Shown one piece after another: positions 53,311 through 63,217 of a stretch of DNA of 64,000 bases (its first letter is position 1; each line of letters starts with the position of its first letter). The translations under genes were made by a program, and so were the position numbers. The stretch comes from an uncultured delta proteobacterium (lineage in GTDB: Bacteria > Myxococcota_A > Polyangia > Fen-1088). The notes beneath the pieces were generated by a model, which saw only the letters and a list, made by a program, of their open reading frames with translations, did no database searches and had not been told where the DNA came from. Location of the stretch: the NCBI GenBank assembly GCA_963737265.1, contig CAVTRY010000014.1, forward strand, positions 352,001 to 416,000, given 5' to 3'.

Positions 53311-53917
53311 CCAATCTGCCTTACGATGCCTGGTACGAATTCCTGGGCAACAAGAAGATGGTCGAGGCGCTCCTCGACCGTCTTCGCCAACGCTGCCACA
53401 CCATCATCATCGAGGGCCCTTCGCTGCGCAGCCCCGCAGCCTCGGCAACGCCGTGAAAACCCGACCTCCCATTCGCGTCATCGCGATCCAGATCCCAGCC
53501 CTCTCCACTCACGAGGCGGAGGCACTCATCGACTTTCTCGGGCAGATCCAGGGCGCACTCTGGGACACCTACGGTGCCGCCATCGTCGAGCGCATCACCG
53601 AGGCATCTCCGCCTGTCGCTGACCACCCCAGCAGTCCCTCCGACCCCAGCGACGACAGCACGCCCTTCTGATTCGCCCGTGTCCGGACACCTGCTGCGAC
53701 GGCGCTCACGCCTTGGGCCGGCTGGGGCCTCTGCCATGTGGGCTCTCGGCTGGGGAACGCTGTCTTGGTACCCCGGCCCTCCTGGCCTTGCGGCTTCACC
53801 GCAGGTGCCACAGCTCCTGAATCCACATCCTGATTCAGATCGAGCACCACGATCCGTGATCTAAGCCCGGGTCAATTTCAATGAGCGTCGCTGGGTCAAT
53901 TTCGATGAGCGGCGAAG
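53311..53917 (+). mobile_element. right-hand remnant of another IS21-type element (istB 3' end to 53456, small ORF 53453-53671)
   Basis: TNL.Y..W..FLG....ALLDRL...C....IEGPSLR; tandem end repeats GGGTCAATTTC.ATGAGCG at 53869 and 53893. Confidence 0.75.
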
Positions 53918-54063
53918 GCCAGTTAGCCTCAGAACACGCATCGCTTTCGCATAACCACCAACCTAACCACCTGAGCGAGACGGGGCTGGACGGCCCGAGA
54001 CTCCCTGTGACGGTAAGCCCGCGTCTCTACTCGGTTTCTCGGCGGTGAAGGGGGCCTTTACCC

Positions 54064-54103
54064 CCTTGCCAAGGTGGACGTCGAGGGTTCAAGTCCACCG
54101 CTC
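54064..54103 (+). other. tRNA-Gly(GCC) 3' fragment, att-site remnant
   Basis: CCTTGCCAAGGT.GA.GTCGAGGGTTCAAGTCC...CGCTC: anticodon loop and T-arm without a 5' half. Confidence 0.7.
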
Positions 54104-54243
54104 AGAAGTGTCTTGAATTATTGCTTTTTCTGGCATTGCCGGCGGTGCCTGGCCAAGCCGACGACTATTCACGCTCGACGAGTTTCCGGGTCGTCGCGAG
54201 TCAACTCCGATCTTCTTAGTTGGGGGATCGCCACGAGGGAGTC

Positions 54244-54264
54244 TATAATGTCCCTTAAAGGACA
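54244..54264 (+). promoter_or_regulatory. -10 box and palindromic operator of the TA operon
   Basis: TATAAT followed by TGTCCCTTAAAGGACA. Confidence 0.5.
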
Positions 54265-54271
54265 CACAAAG

Positions 54272-54565
54272 ATGAATCTCATCGCCATCAAGGATCTCAA
54301 GCAACCGCGTCGCTTGAAGGAACGCTTGTCGAACGAGAAGGAACTTCTGCTCACCAGCGATGGCAAACCGGTGGCTGTCTTGGTCAATGTGGGCCCCTTG
54401 GACGACCCCGAGGTGGTCATTCAGGCCGTGCGCGATTCGCGCAGCCGGCTGGCGCTGGCTCGTGTGCGTGATTCGGCGCGGAAAGCCGGGACGAATACGA
54501 TGAGCATGCGGGACATCGAGCGGGAGATTGCAACCGCGCGCCGAGAGCGTGGGATACAGCGATGA
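54272..54565 (+). CDS. Phd/YefM-like antitoxin
   Basis: I.DLK..., LLTSDGKPVAVL, EIATARRER; coupled to the PIN gene. Confidence 0.75.
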   Translation: MNLIAIKDLKQPRRLKERLSNEKELLLTSDGKPVAVLVNVGPLDDPEVVIQAVRDSRSRLALARVRDSARKAGTNTMSMRDIEREIATARRERGIQR

Positions 54566-54975
54566 TTCGGGCTGTGTTCGACACCAACGTCGTGGTGTCG
54601 GGCTTTCTTTCACCGTCAGGTCCGCCCGGCCGAATCGTAGATTGGCTACGAGCAGGCTCTGTCATCGCGGTCGTTGATGAACGAATTCTTGGGGAATATG
54701 CCGAGGTTTTGGTCCGCCCAACCTTTGGGCTGCGACCAGCGGACGTGGACGAGGTGCTCGCCGCGATTCAATCTCGGGTGACATGGGTGGAGGTGGGGCC
54801 CGACGACATGGTGAAACTCCCTGATCCCGATGATGCCGCCTTCGCGGAGTGCGCTCTGGTCGAAAGAGTTCCTCTCGTGACAGGGAACTTGCGCCATTTC
54901 CCGAAGCAAGCCTGTCATGGTCTGCGAATCATGACGCCAGCCGAGTTCGTGCGGTTTGCTGGGGGCGCTCAATGA
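54562..54975 (+). CDS. PIN-domain toxin
   Basis: VFDTNVVVS, EY.EVL, DPDD..F.ECA, VTGN.RHF. Confidence 0.9.
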   Translation: MIRAVFDTNVVVSGFLSPSGPPGRIVDWLRAGSVIAVVDERILGEYAEVLVRPTFGLRPADVDEVLAAIQSRVTWVEVGPDDMVKLPDPDDAAFAECALVERVPLVTGNLRHFPKQACHGLRIMTPAEFVRFAGGAQ

Positions 54976-55027
54976 GGGACGTCCCCCAGAATGAGGAACG
55001 CCCCTCATGAGGGACGAATGAGGGACG
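54973..55027 (+). repeat. TGAGG(G/A)ACG direct repeats (four), possible recombinase arm sites
   Basis: Four copies within 55 bp next to dif-like site 3. Confidence 0.55.
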
Positions 55028-55068
55028 GATCCCGGTGGATAGTCCCTTCAAGCACCACTTTGCTTTCA

Positions 55069-55096
55069 ATGTCTGATAAGAAGCATTACGTCAATT
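55069..55096 (+). other. XerC/D dif-like site 3 with empty intron target at 55039/55040
   Basis: ATGTCTGATAA-GAAGCA-TTACGTCAATT; about 58 bp nearly identical to the site 2 region, inverted. Confidence 0.72.
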
Positions 55097-55162
55097 ATGT
55101 GGCCTATTTCTCGGGGATGTAGGTGTGCGACCGGAGGGTGCCGGTGCGGTTCCTGATTGGGG

Positions 55163-55527
55163 TCAAGGGACAGAGGTGGGCGCGGCCGAGCGAAGCTCCT
55201 TGAGGTCGTCTCTGGCCTGTTCGAGGCGCCGGGCAAGCAGCCGTGCACTGTGGCCGGAAGGCCCCTTGCAGAGGTTCTTCGTGATCCAAGAAATCACGCT
55301 CTGGACAAGTGCGACTGCGTCCAGGTCAACGATGTCTGCCAGGTCGCCGCGGGGAAGCTCGTAGCGTGTGGCGATGCGGCTGAGGGCCTCGAAGTACTCG
55401 CGGCCGACGGTCTCGTCGACGATCTGGGTGTAGCGTAAGGTCATCCGGAAGTCGCGATGGCCGAGCAACTTCATGATGCCGAGCAGGCTCATGCCTCCGT
55501 TCATCAGAGAAGTTGCGAAGCAATGCC
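55163..55527 (-). pseudogene. tyrosine integrase C-terminus (host gene of RIT; upstream part 61451-61608)
   Basis: THRLRH|CFATSL..G..L..I..LLGH....T..Y rejoined across the RIT. Confidence 0.8.
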
Positions 55528-55648
55528 TGTTATGCCGAGCTCGGCATAACAGGCATTATGCCGAGTGCCCGGTTATGCCGAGTTGTTCGCCATCGGATGC
55601 AGGAATCACGAGGATTCCGGGTTCGTTTAAGTACCCGACTCGGCATAA

Positions 55649-56647
55649 TCAAAGGCTCTGTAGGAAGGCGAGGAGCTTGTCATCGGGACGGAAGCGAGTG
55701 GGTCGCGTCCCCGAGGGCGTCGTCTTGGCGAGCGCCCGCTCCTTGAGCTGGAGGCTGGCAGCGAAATAGATCTGCGTGGTCTCGACCGACTCGTGACCAA
55801 GCCAGAGCGCGATCACCGAGCTATCAACACCGGCTTGAAGGAGATCCATCGCCGTCGAGTGGCGCAGCACGTGCGGAGACACACATTTCTCCTTCAGCGA
55901 TGGGCAACGGATCCGAGCGGTCTGCACGTGTTTCGCGAGCAGGTACTCGACGCCGTCGCGACTGAGGAAACCGCCCCGCGCGTTGGGGAAGAGGGGCTCG
56001 GTCGCGGTGGCGGAGCGTTCGCGCAGCCACGCCCGGAGGACAGCGACGGCCTCTTTGCGCAGAGGCGTGCAGCGTTCCTTGCGACCCTTGCCGAGGCAGT
56101 GGACGTGCGCACCGATTCCGAGGACCACGTCCTGCACGCGGAGCCCGGTCAGCTCGGATACGCGCAGTCCGGTCTGCACGGCCACGAGAAGCAGGGCGCG
56201 ATCGCGCCTGCCGGACCATGTGGCTCTGTCGGGAGCTTCGAGGAGCGCGTCGATCTCGGGCCGGGACAGAAAGTGGACGATCTCGCGATCGTACTTCTTG
56301 CCCTGTATGGCCAGGACCCTCTGGATGACGGCGCTGTGGTCGGGCGCCTGCAGGGCGGCGTACTGGAAGAAGGAGTGGATCGCCGCGAGCCTGGCGTTTC
56401 GCGTGCGCGGAGAGTTGCCACGCTCCTTCTCTATGTGATCCAGGAACGCGCTAATCGCTGGCGTGTCGAGGTCGTCCAGTGCGAGCGCCGAGGGAGCCTT
56501 CTTCAGGTGTTGCTTTGTGAAGGCTAGCAGCAGGCGGAAAGTGTCGCGATAACTCTGCACCGTATGCTGACTTGCCCGGCGCTGGCGCAGAAGATGGTCC
56601 ACGAAGAAGGACTCGAGCAGCGCAGGGAATTCAGGGGAGGGCCTCAC
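55649..56647 (-). CDS. RitC tyrosine recombinase
   Basis: TGLRVSE, GKGRKER, PHVLRH, LWLGH, Y. Confidence 0.92.
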   Translation of the reverse strand: MRPSPEFPALLESFFVDHLLRQRRASQHTVQSYRDTFRLLLAFTKQHLKKAPSALALDDLDTPAISAFLDHIEKERGNSPRTRNARLAAIHSFFQYAALQAPDHSAVIQRVLAIQGKKYDREIVHFLSRPEIDALLEAPDRATWSGRRDRALLLVAVQTGLRVSELTGLRVQDVVLGIGAHVHCLGKGRKERCTPLRKEAVAVLRAWLRERSATATEPLFPNARGGFLSRDGVEYLLAKHVQTARIRCPSLKEKCVSPHVLRHSTAMDLLQAGVDSSVIALWLGHESVETTQIYFAASLQLKERALAKTTPSGTRPTRFRPDDKLLAFLQSL

Positions 56648-57578
56648 GGCGACGTCCTATCTCGCTCCAGGAGCGACATGGCGAGGCTCATCAACTCCGG
56701 CACTGCGGTCAGGTACCAGTAGGTGTCGCTCACGTGAGTGTGCCCGAGGTAGGTCGACAGTTGCGGCAGGTGCCGCTCCACATCGAGGCCTGCCCGGTAC
56801 CAGCGCAGCATGGTGTCACGGCCCACCGATGACGAAGGTCATGCAGACGCGGACCATGACCGTGACGACCTTCAGGACCACGAAGTCCAATTCGGCGAGA
56901 TAGTTGGACGAAGGTGTCTTCTGCGGTGTTCTTCACCAACCGGGCACCTGCCTCGCCGACCAGGAAGCTACTCGTCCGTGGTCTGGGATGAACGCCATCT
57001 CGGAAACGTGCGTACCGGCGCAGAGCCAGCGATGTCGATCTATGAACGGGCACCAGCCGGGTCTTCCCGAATTTGGTCTGGCGGATCGTCAGGATCCCGC
57101 CTTCGAGATCGCCATCCTCGCGGTCGAGAGCGATCGCTTCGCTGATCCTCAAGCCGGTCACGGTGAGCAGGCCAAGCAGCGTGACATAGGTCTGAGCACG
57201 AAGGCCCGTCGGTGATGCAAGTTGTACCGCCGCACCCATCAGCCGCGCGATATCGTCCTCGCTGTATATGTAGGGGCGCTTGCGCTGATACCGAGCCCGG
57301 AGGAGCCCGAGGGCAGGGACCTCGGTGCGAGAATCGGTGGCGCGCCGATACTGCGCAAAGAGCCGAACCGCCGAGAGGCGGCTGGCCCAATACCCGGGCT
57401 GGGCCTTGGTCGGCAGCATGGCCCACTCGCGGGCCAGATCGCTGGTGATGAACGGCGCCTTCCGCTGCTCCATGAAGGACACGAACTGCAGCAGTAACCG
57501 TCCCGAGCGGTCCAGTTTGTAGCCCAGCCGACGTCGCAGCGACAGGTACGCCTCGACGCCTTCGCAGAGCGTACTCAT
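56644..57578 (-). pseudogene. RitB tyrosine recombinase, frameshift near 56822
   Basis: TGLRISE, TKFGKTR, HDLRH, LSTYLGH..T.WY over two frames. Confidence 0.85.
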
Positions 57579-60500
57579 CGCCTGCCTCCCGGCCATGCAG
57601 GAGCGAGAGCACGTAGTGCCTGGAGATCTACCTTCGCGTAAATCGTCGTCGTGTCGGCTCGACGGTGTCGCAGGACCTGTCCGATCTCGGTGAGGGTCGC
57701 TCCTCGATGCAGCATCGAGCAGGCGAGCGCATGGCGAAGAATGTGCCCGCCCTTGCATGGTGGGTCCAGTCCGGCGAGCTCCAGTGCACGCCTCACGATC
57801 GTACAGATTGCGCCCGTGGTTGTGAAGCCACGTCGTGGTGCTCTCGCGCGGACGAAGACTCTCCGGCACGAGCATGCTGGGCGGCCATGGCGCAAGTACC
57901 GGGCGACGGCCTTGCCGACATCGGACGGCAACGGGAGGACGTCTTGCCGCCCACCCTTGCCGTGGACCCGCACCGTGCCGGCGGCCCAGTCGAAGTCTGC
58001 CAGATCCAGGCTCACGACTTCTCCACCGCGAAGGCCGAGTCGTGCCATCAGCATCAGGACCGCGTGGTCGCGCAGGCCGGCTTCGGAGCTTCTTCGTCGA
58101 CAGCGGCGCAGAAGATGCTCGAACGTCCCGCGCCGGAATCGATTTCGGCACCGTTGAGAAGCGCCAGCAGGCGACCGCGGGTACCGTCGCCGCTAGGTCC
58201 GCTGCCAGGGCTCCTTTCAAATGCGCCCACCGTAGAAGACTGCGTAGTGCTGGACGTCAACTACATTCACCCGGTGACGTCAATTACATCGCCCCATTGT
58301 TGTCGGGGGTAGTTGTCGTTGGTTGATCGGTAGTTGTCGTAGTTGTCGCTGGGGTGGTGACGCCTCTCTTTCGTGCTTCTTCGCTGCGGTAGCTGGGGCC
58401 GGTCATCTCAAGGATGACCGCGTGGTGGACCAGTCGGTCGATGGCGGCGGCGGTGGTCATGGGATCCTTGAAAATGCGGATCCAATCGCTGAAGACCAGG
58501 TTGCTGGTGATGAGGACGCTCTTGCGTTCGTACCGCTCGGCCAGGAAGGTGAAAAGGACCTCCATTTCATCGCGGCTCTGCTGGACGTAGCCGATGTCGT
58601 CGAGGATCACGGCGTGATAGATGTTGAGCGCGGCCAGTTCTCGTTCCAGGCGAAGGTCGCGCTTGGCGGCCAGCAGCCTCTGGACAAGCGCGAAGGTCGG
58701 CGTGAAGAGGACCCGGTAGCCGCGCCGGATGAGTTCGTGGCCGATGGCAGCCACAACGTGACTTTTGCCTCGGCCGGGCAGTCCGAAGACGAGCAGGTTC
58801 TCCCCACGTTCGACAAAGCCACCCTCACACAGGCTCGCCATCTGCTTCATCACCTTGGGTGACAGCCGACCACGTTCCAGGGTGGCCAGGGTTTTCTCCG
58901 TGGGAAGGTCCGAATCGCGAAGCGCGCGATCGATGCGACGGGTTCGGCGCTCTTCGATTTCCAGTTCGGCCAGGTGCTGGAGGTATTGGCTGAAGGTCCA
59001 CCCCTCGCGGCTGGCCTTGATCGCGATCTCCTCGGCGTGCCGGGTGAAGGCAGGCAGCTTGAGCGCGCGCAGAAGCACCAGCAGAGCGTTCGAGCGCGCT
59101 CGGCTTGACCGTGTCTACGGAGACGTTGGTCATGATGCCACCTGTTCGAGGAGCAGGTCGTAGGACGCGAGATCGACCAGCGGTGCTTCGAGCGCGGGGA
59201 CGCTCGGTGGATAGGTACTGTCCGTCGCCTGTGTGCATCTCTTCTTGGTTGCATCCGCCGTCAAGATGGTCCCATCGGCAAGCAGAGTCGTGAGCGCTTG
59301 CTCGACATCGGCTTCCATCGTGCTGGCGGCCAGGTGAAGAATGCGCAGGTATTCAACGTCGCCTTTGATTCCAGGCTTGGTCGCCTGGATCGCGTCGTAT
59401 GCCCGCCTGAAAGTCACGCTTGGAAACAGCTCTTCTCGGTAGACGTAGCGAGAAAACGCGCCCGGCTTGCGCACCAAAGACCAGATGACGTGCCGGTAGT
59501 CGATGCGCGCGGTCTTGCCTCGCAGCCTGTCGCAGGCCAATTCCAAGTTGTCGGCGTAGTACACCTCGATTCGGTGCTCGAACACGCGGACTCTCACCCG
59601 TGCGCCGATCAGCCTCGACGGCACCGAGTAGGCGCACGACTTGACCCGGATGGTGCTCGTCGACGCCACAGGTGCCGTCATTTCTGCGTACTCCGGCAAA
59701 CGCTCCACCACCAGCGGCCGCATGGCTTCGATCTCCTCGGCGACGCGCGGGCCTCGCGAAGCGTTGGCTTTGCGGACCACCTTGGCTACGAAGCGTTCGT
59801 AGTCGTCTTGGTCCGCGAAGTCGCGGCTGCCACGCACCAGCAACGCTTGTTCAAGCCGACGCTTGAGCGCGCCGTTGCTGGCCTCCACATCGCCGTTTTG
59901 TTCCTTGGCCCCGACGGCTGTAGTTCGTGGCTCCATTCCGAGGTGCCGCATGACCGCCTTGTATTCATCGTTGAAAGTGCGATCTTCCGCATCGCGAGCG
60001 ATCTGATGTGTCGCCGCCGTCGAGTGGTCGGTTTGGTGGTATCGCGGCACCCGCCCAAGCTGGAACAGCGCCGACTGGATCCCTCGCCGAAGCGCTGCCA
60101 GAGACTCCGACAGACACGCGGTCGCCCATTGCCAGTTCGAGTACGGCAGCACCGTCACGCACAAAAGGTGCACAAATAGCTGGCCCACGATCGTCACACC
60201 AAGCTCCGCCGTCGACGTGAAGTCGGTTTGCGCGGCTTCACCGGGCCGATGCGCCTGCGTGAACCAAATCTCACGCGCAGGACCATGCTCGGCCCGCCAG
60301 CGACGGATTCGCCGCTGCATTGTCCGAAGATGGCTCTCGTTGTACCGCCCTGGCTGCTTCGCCTCCAGCAGCTCCAGCACCGTCTGAGCCTCCAGCCCAG
60401 GCGTTTCCTCCAGCAACTTGGCCACGGCTGGCCAGTCCTCGGCGAACGCGTCAGGGCGCGTCCGCCACCACCGCGGCTGCCGTAGCTCCGACGGTAGCTT

Positions 60501-61309
60501 GCCCGCGGCGATGTATCGCCGCCCTGTCTTCCGGTCCATGCCCGCCTTCATGGCGGCCTGGCCTACTTTTCCAATCTTGCTCATCTCTTCCATCAAACGC
60601 CTCACTTGGGCGTCGGTGACCGGCTTCAAAGGTGCCTCCTGCCCGCTTGCGGGCTTGGAGGTCTACCTCACGGTCACCGTCGCGCCTCAAAGCGGGGCGA
60701 CGTAGCTGTCGTCTTTGGGGAGATGTAATTGTCGCTCAGCATGCGTAGGGCGGTCACCATCAGAGCGGCTCTCTTTGGATGGACCACGTGAACATGCCGG
60801 ACCAGGAATTCACCCGCATCCTGGGGCCCGAGCGCATTGAGGTGCACCTTCCTGCCATCGAACCGCTCCGCGAGGAACGAGCGGACAATGGGCAGGTAGC
60901 TGATCCGAGTCGAGACGGACAGGCCACGGTCTACCAACAGATACCGGCCGAATTCGCTCACGATCCGCCCGATCGCAGTGTCATCGACCTTAGTTGGGGC
61001 TGGCGGGGCCAGGCCGGCAGAACGGACCTGTTCAAGTAGAACACGCAGTGTCGCCGCGTCCCCACGCCGGGGCGAGCAAGGATGGCCCTGGACGAAGCGG
61101 ACTACGACTTGCTCGTCGACCTCACCGATAGCGAGTCCTCGCCGTCCAAGCCACTGTCCGAATTTCGCTGCCACGCGCACCTTCAGCGCCACGGTGGCGG
61201 GCGAATATCCCTTCTCGGTGAGCGTCGCCGCAAACGTGTCCAGGTGCGGACCCAAGGGGCCGCTACGCAGTCGTTGCCATTCCACAAAGTCGTCGTGCAT
61301 CCGGGGCAT
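57575..61309 (-). pseudogene. RitA tyrosine recombinase split by IS21-a
   Basis: GPLGP N-terminus, VTALR|SLLRW rejoin, LGLR..EV, HILRH, VLRH....T.IYAKVD. Confidence 0.85.
58248..60741 (-). mobile_element. IS21-family element a, copy 2 (istA 59130-60629, istB 58284-59133 with 1-nt frameshift)
   Basis: Same ends as copy 1, 7-bp TSD TGCGTAG. Confidence 0.93.
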
Positions 61310-61611
61310 GTGTCCTCCTTCGGCCCAGTAGCCAGAAAGAGACGACGACGCCCTGGTTATGCCGAGTCTGCAAGCCCATCTGCCGAAGGAATCTCCGATG
61401 ATCGAGCGAGATCGAAAGACTCACTCGGCATAACCGGGCACTCGGCATAATGCCTCAGCCGATGGGTGCAGAGCCGCTCCGACAGCGGCAGATCGCCGCC
61501 GATCTTGGTCAGAGTCGATTGGTAGGTGGTCGTGGCAATCGGTCGACCGCGTGCGCCCTGGACCAGGTAGGGATGGTCCTGGCGGGCCCGACGTTGCAGC
61601 TCGGTCACTGC

Positions 61612-61743
61612 CGCCAGAGCGGCGTTCTCGAAGGGGTCGAAACCCGCGGACTCTCACGTTGCACGGTCGAAGCCTACGCGCATGACTTGGCCCTGGTGCA
61701 CCGATGGCTTTTCGCCTCGGGACAAAAACTCGCGGAGCTTCCG
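61612..61743 (+). pseudogene. integrase N-terminal (SAM-like) fragment
   Basis: RGLSRCTVEAYAHDL. Confidence 0.55.
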
Positions 61744-61860
61744 CTGAGGCGCTTTTGAGGAAGAGTCCGGGTCTGCTCTGCAGAAGTAGTCCACCCTCGA
61801 CCTGATCGGTGGTGGCAGCGGAGGTGGCGAGGCGGGCGGGTTCCGGTGAGCGTGGCCGCG

Positions 61861-62292
61861 ATGTGCACGCGGCTCAAGAAACGGCCATGCCGGATTTGTG
61901 GGAAGTGGTTCTGGCCTGACCCACGGGTCGGGCAGCGACAGCGGACGTGCACGGCGAAGGAATGCCAGTGCAAGCGCCGGGCGTGGACGCAGGCAGCGTG
62001 GCGTGGTGCGAACCCGGAGTACGCCATCGCGTACCGGCTGCAAAAGCGGGCAGCGGCGCCGGAAAGGGAGCGCTCGGAAGCGCGTCATCCACCGCCCTTG
62101 GATCGACTGCCCTGGGACCTGGCGAAAGACGAGTTCAAGGCGCAAGGCCGCGATTTTCTTGAGGTATTGGCGCGAGTCCTCCTGGCTGGCATGAAAGACG
62201 AGATGCGAGCCCAAGTAGCCGTAATCACGCATGAATTCCGAGGACACCCCCCTTTGGTACCGAAAGACCAGACCGGGACTGCGGCAGTGTAG
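61861..62292 (+). CDS. Cys-cluster hypothetical protein
   Basis: CRIC..WF.PDPRVG.RQ.TC....CQ. Confidence 0.7.
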   Translation: MCTRLKKRPCRICGKWFWPDPRVGQRQRTCTAKECQCKRRAWTQAAWRGANPEYAIAYRLQKRAAAPERERSEARHPPPLDRLPWDLAKDEFKAQGRDFLEVLARVLLAGMKDEMRAQVAVITHEFRGHPPLVPKDQTGTAAV

Positions 62293-62299
62293 CCGGGCG

Positions 62300-63217
62300 A
62301 TGGAGGTTGAATTTCAACATCTGGATTTGCGCTACGAGCGGCTGCGCAAGCACCACCCTGCGCGCGAGCGGCAGTTGCTCGGATCGCTGGCCGACCACGG
62401 GCAGCAGGTGCCTATCGTGGTGGTGCGTGGCCCGGGCGAGATGCGTGTGGTGATCGATGGGTACAAGCGGGTGCGGGCGCTACAGCGGCTGGCGCGGGAC
62501 ACGGTGTGCGCGACGGAATGGTCGGTGTCGGAGCCAGAGGCGCTGATCGTGGAGCGGGTGATGCGTGCCACGAGCGGCGAGGACGCGCTGGAGCAAGGCT
62601 GGCTTCTGCGCGAACTGGTCGATCGATTTGGGCTCGGCCAGGAGGAGTTGAGCCGGCGCTTCGACAAGAGCAAGAGCTGGGTGAGCCGGCGGCTAGCGCT
62701 GGTCGCGGCTTTACCGACGGCGATCCAGGACACCGTACGCCAGGGGAAACTGGCGGCACACGCTGCGATGAAGTACTTCGTGCCGTTGGCGCGCGCCAAC
62801 GAAGAAGTGGCGGTGTCTCTGGCGGCAAAAGCGGCGACGCTGCGACTGAGCACGCGGCAGGTGGGCGCCTTGTACGTGGGCTATGTCTCTGGAAGCGCGC
62901 GAACACGCGAGCTGGTGTTGCAAGACCCGCGGATCTTTCTGCGCGTGCAACAGGAGGCACAGCAGAAGAAGGACGCGCCCCAGGGGCCGGTCAAGGAGAT
63001 TGAAGGCGAATTGGGTGCGCTGGGCGGGATTGCCCGCCGACTGCACCGGAAGCTGCAACAGGGGCTGTGGCGCAATCTGGATCCCTGCGAGCACGAGGAA
63101 ATCAGGTCGCATGTGCAGCGGGCGCGTGCGGATGTGCAGACGTGCCTGGCGAATTTCGACGAGGAGCAAAGTGATGCTGGACCAGAACACGCGAACGTCG
63201 ATTCTCAAGCTTCGTGA
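62300..63217 (+). CDS. ParB/RepB/Spo0J-like protein
   Basis: SL..HGQ.VPI.V, VIDGYKR..AL, HTH ELSRRFDKSKSWVSRRL. Confidence 0.85.
   Translation: MEVEFQHLDLRYERLRKHHPARERQLLGSLADHGQQVPIVVVRGPGEMRVVIDGYKRVRALQRLARDTVCATEWSVSEPEALIVERVMRATSGEDALEQGWLLRELVDRFGLGQEELSRRFDKSKSWVSRRLALVAALPTAIQDTVRQGKLAAHAAMKYFVPLARANEEVAVSLAAKAATLRLSTRQVGALYVGYVSGSARTRELVLQDPRIFLRVQQEAQQKKDAPQGPVKEIEGELGALGGIARRLHRKLQQGLWRNLDPCEHEEIRSHVQRARADVQTCLANFDEEQSDAGPEHANVDSQAS

Larger units (their letters stand above)
55556..61450 (-). mobile_element. RIT element (recombinases in trio)
   Basis: 33-bp perfect IR 55551-55583 / 61423-61455 with TTATGCCGAG repeats; three coupled tyrosine recombinases; 36-bp palindrome 55522-55557. 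Confidence 0.9.

Noticed and set aside
54064-54103. Functional tRNA-Gly
   Set aside because: No acceptor 5' strand or D-arm, and the 3' stem is partly deleted
36740-59100. Single-base frameshifts in zwf, istB, ritB and ritA as programmed frameshifting
   Set aside because: No slippery motifs seen; decay or read error is more likely and cannot be resolved without reads
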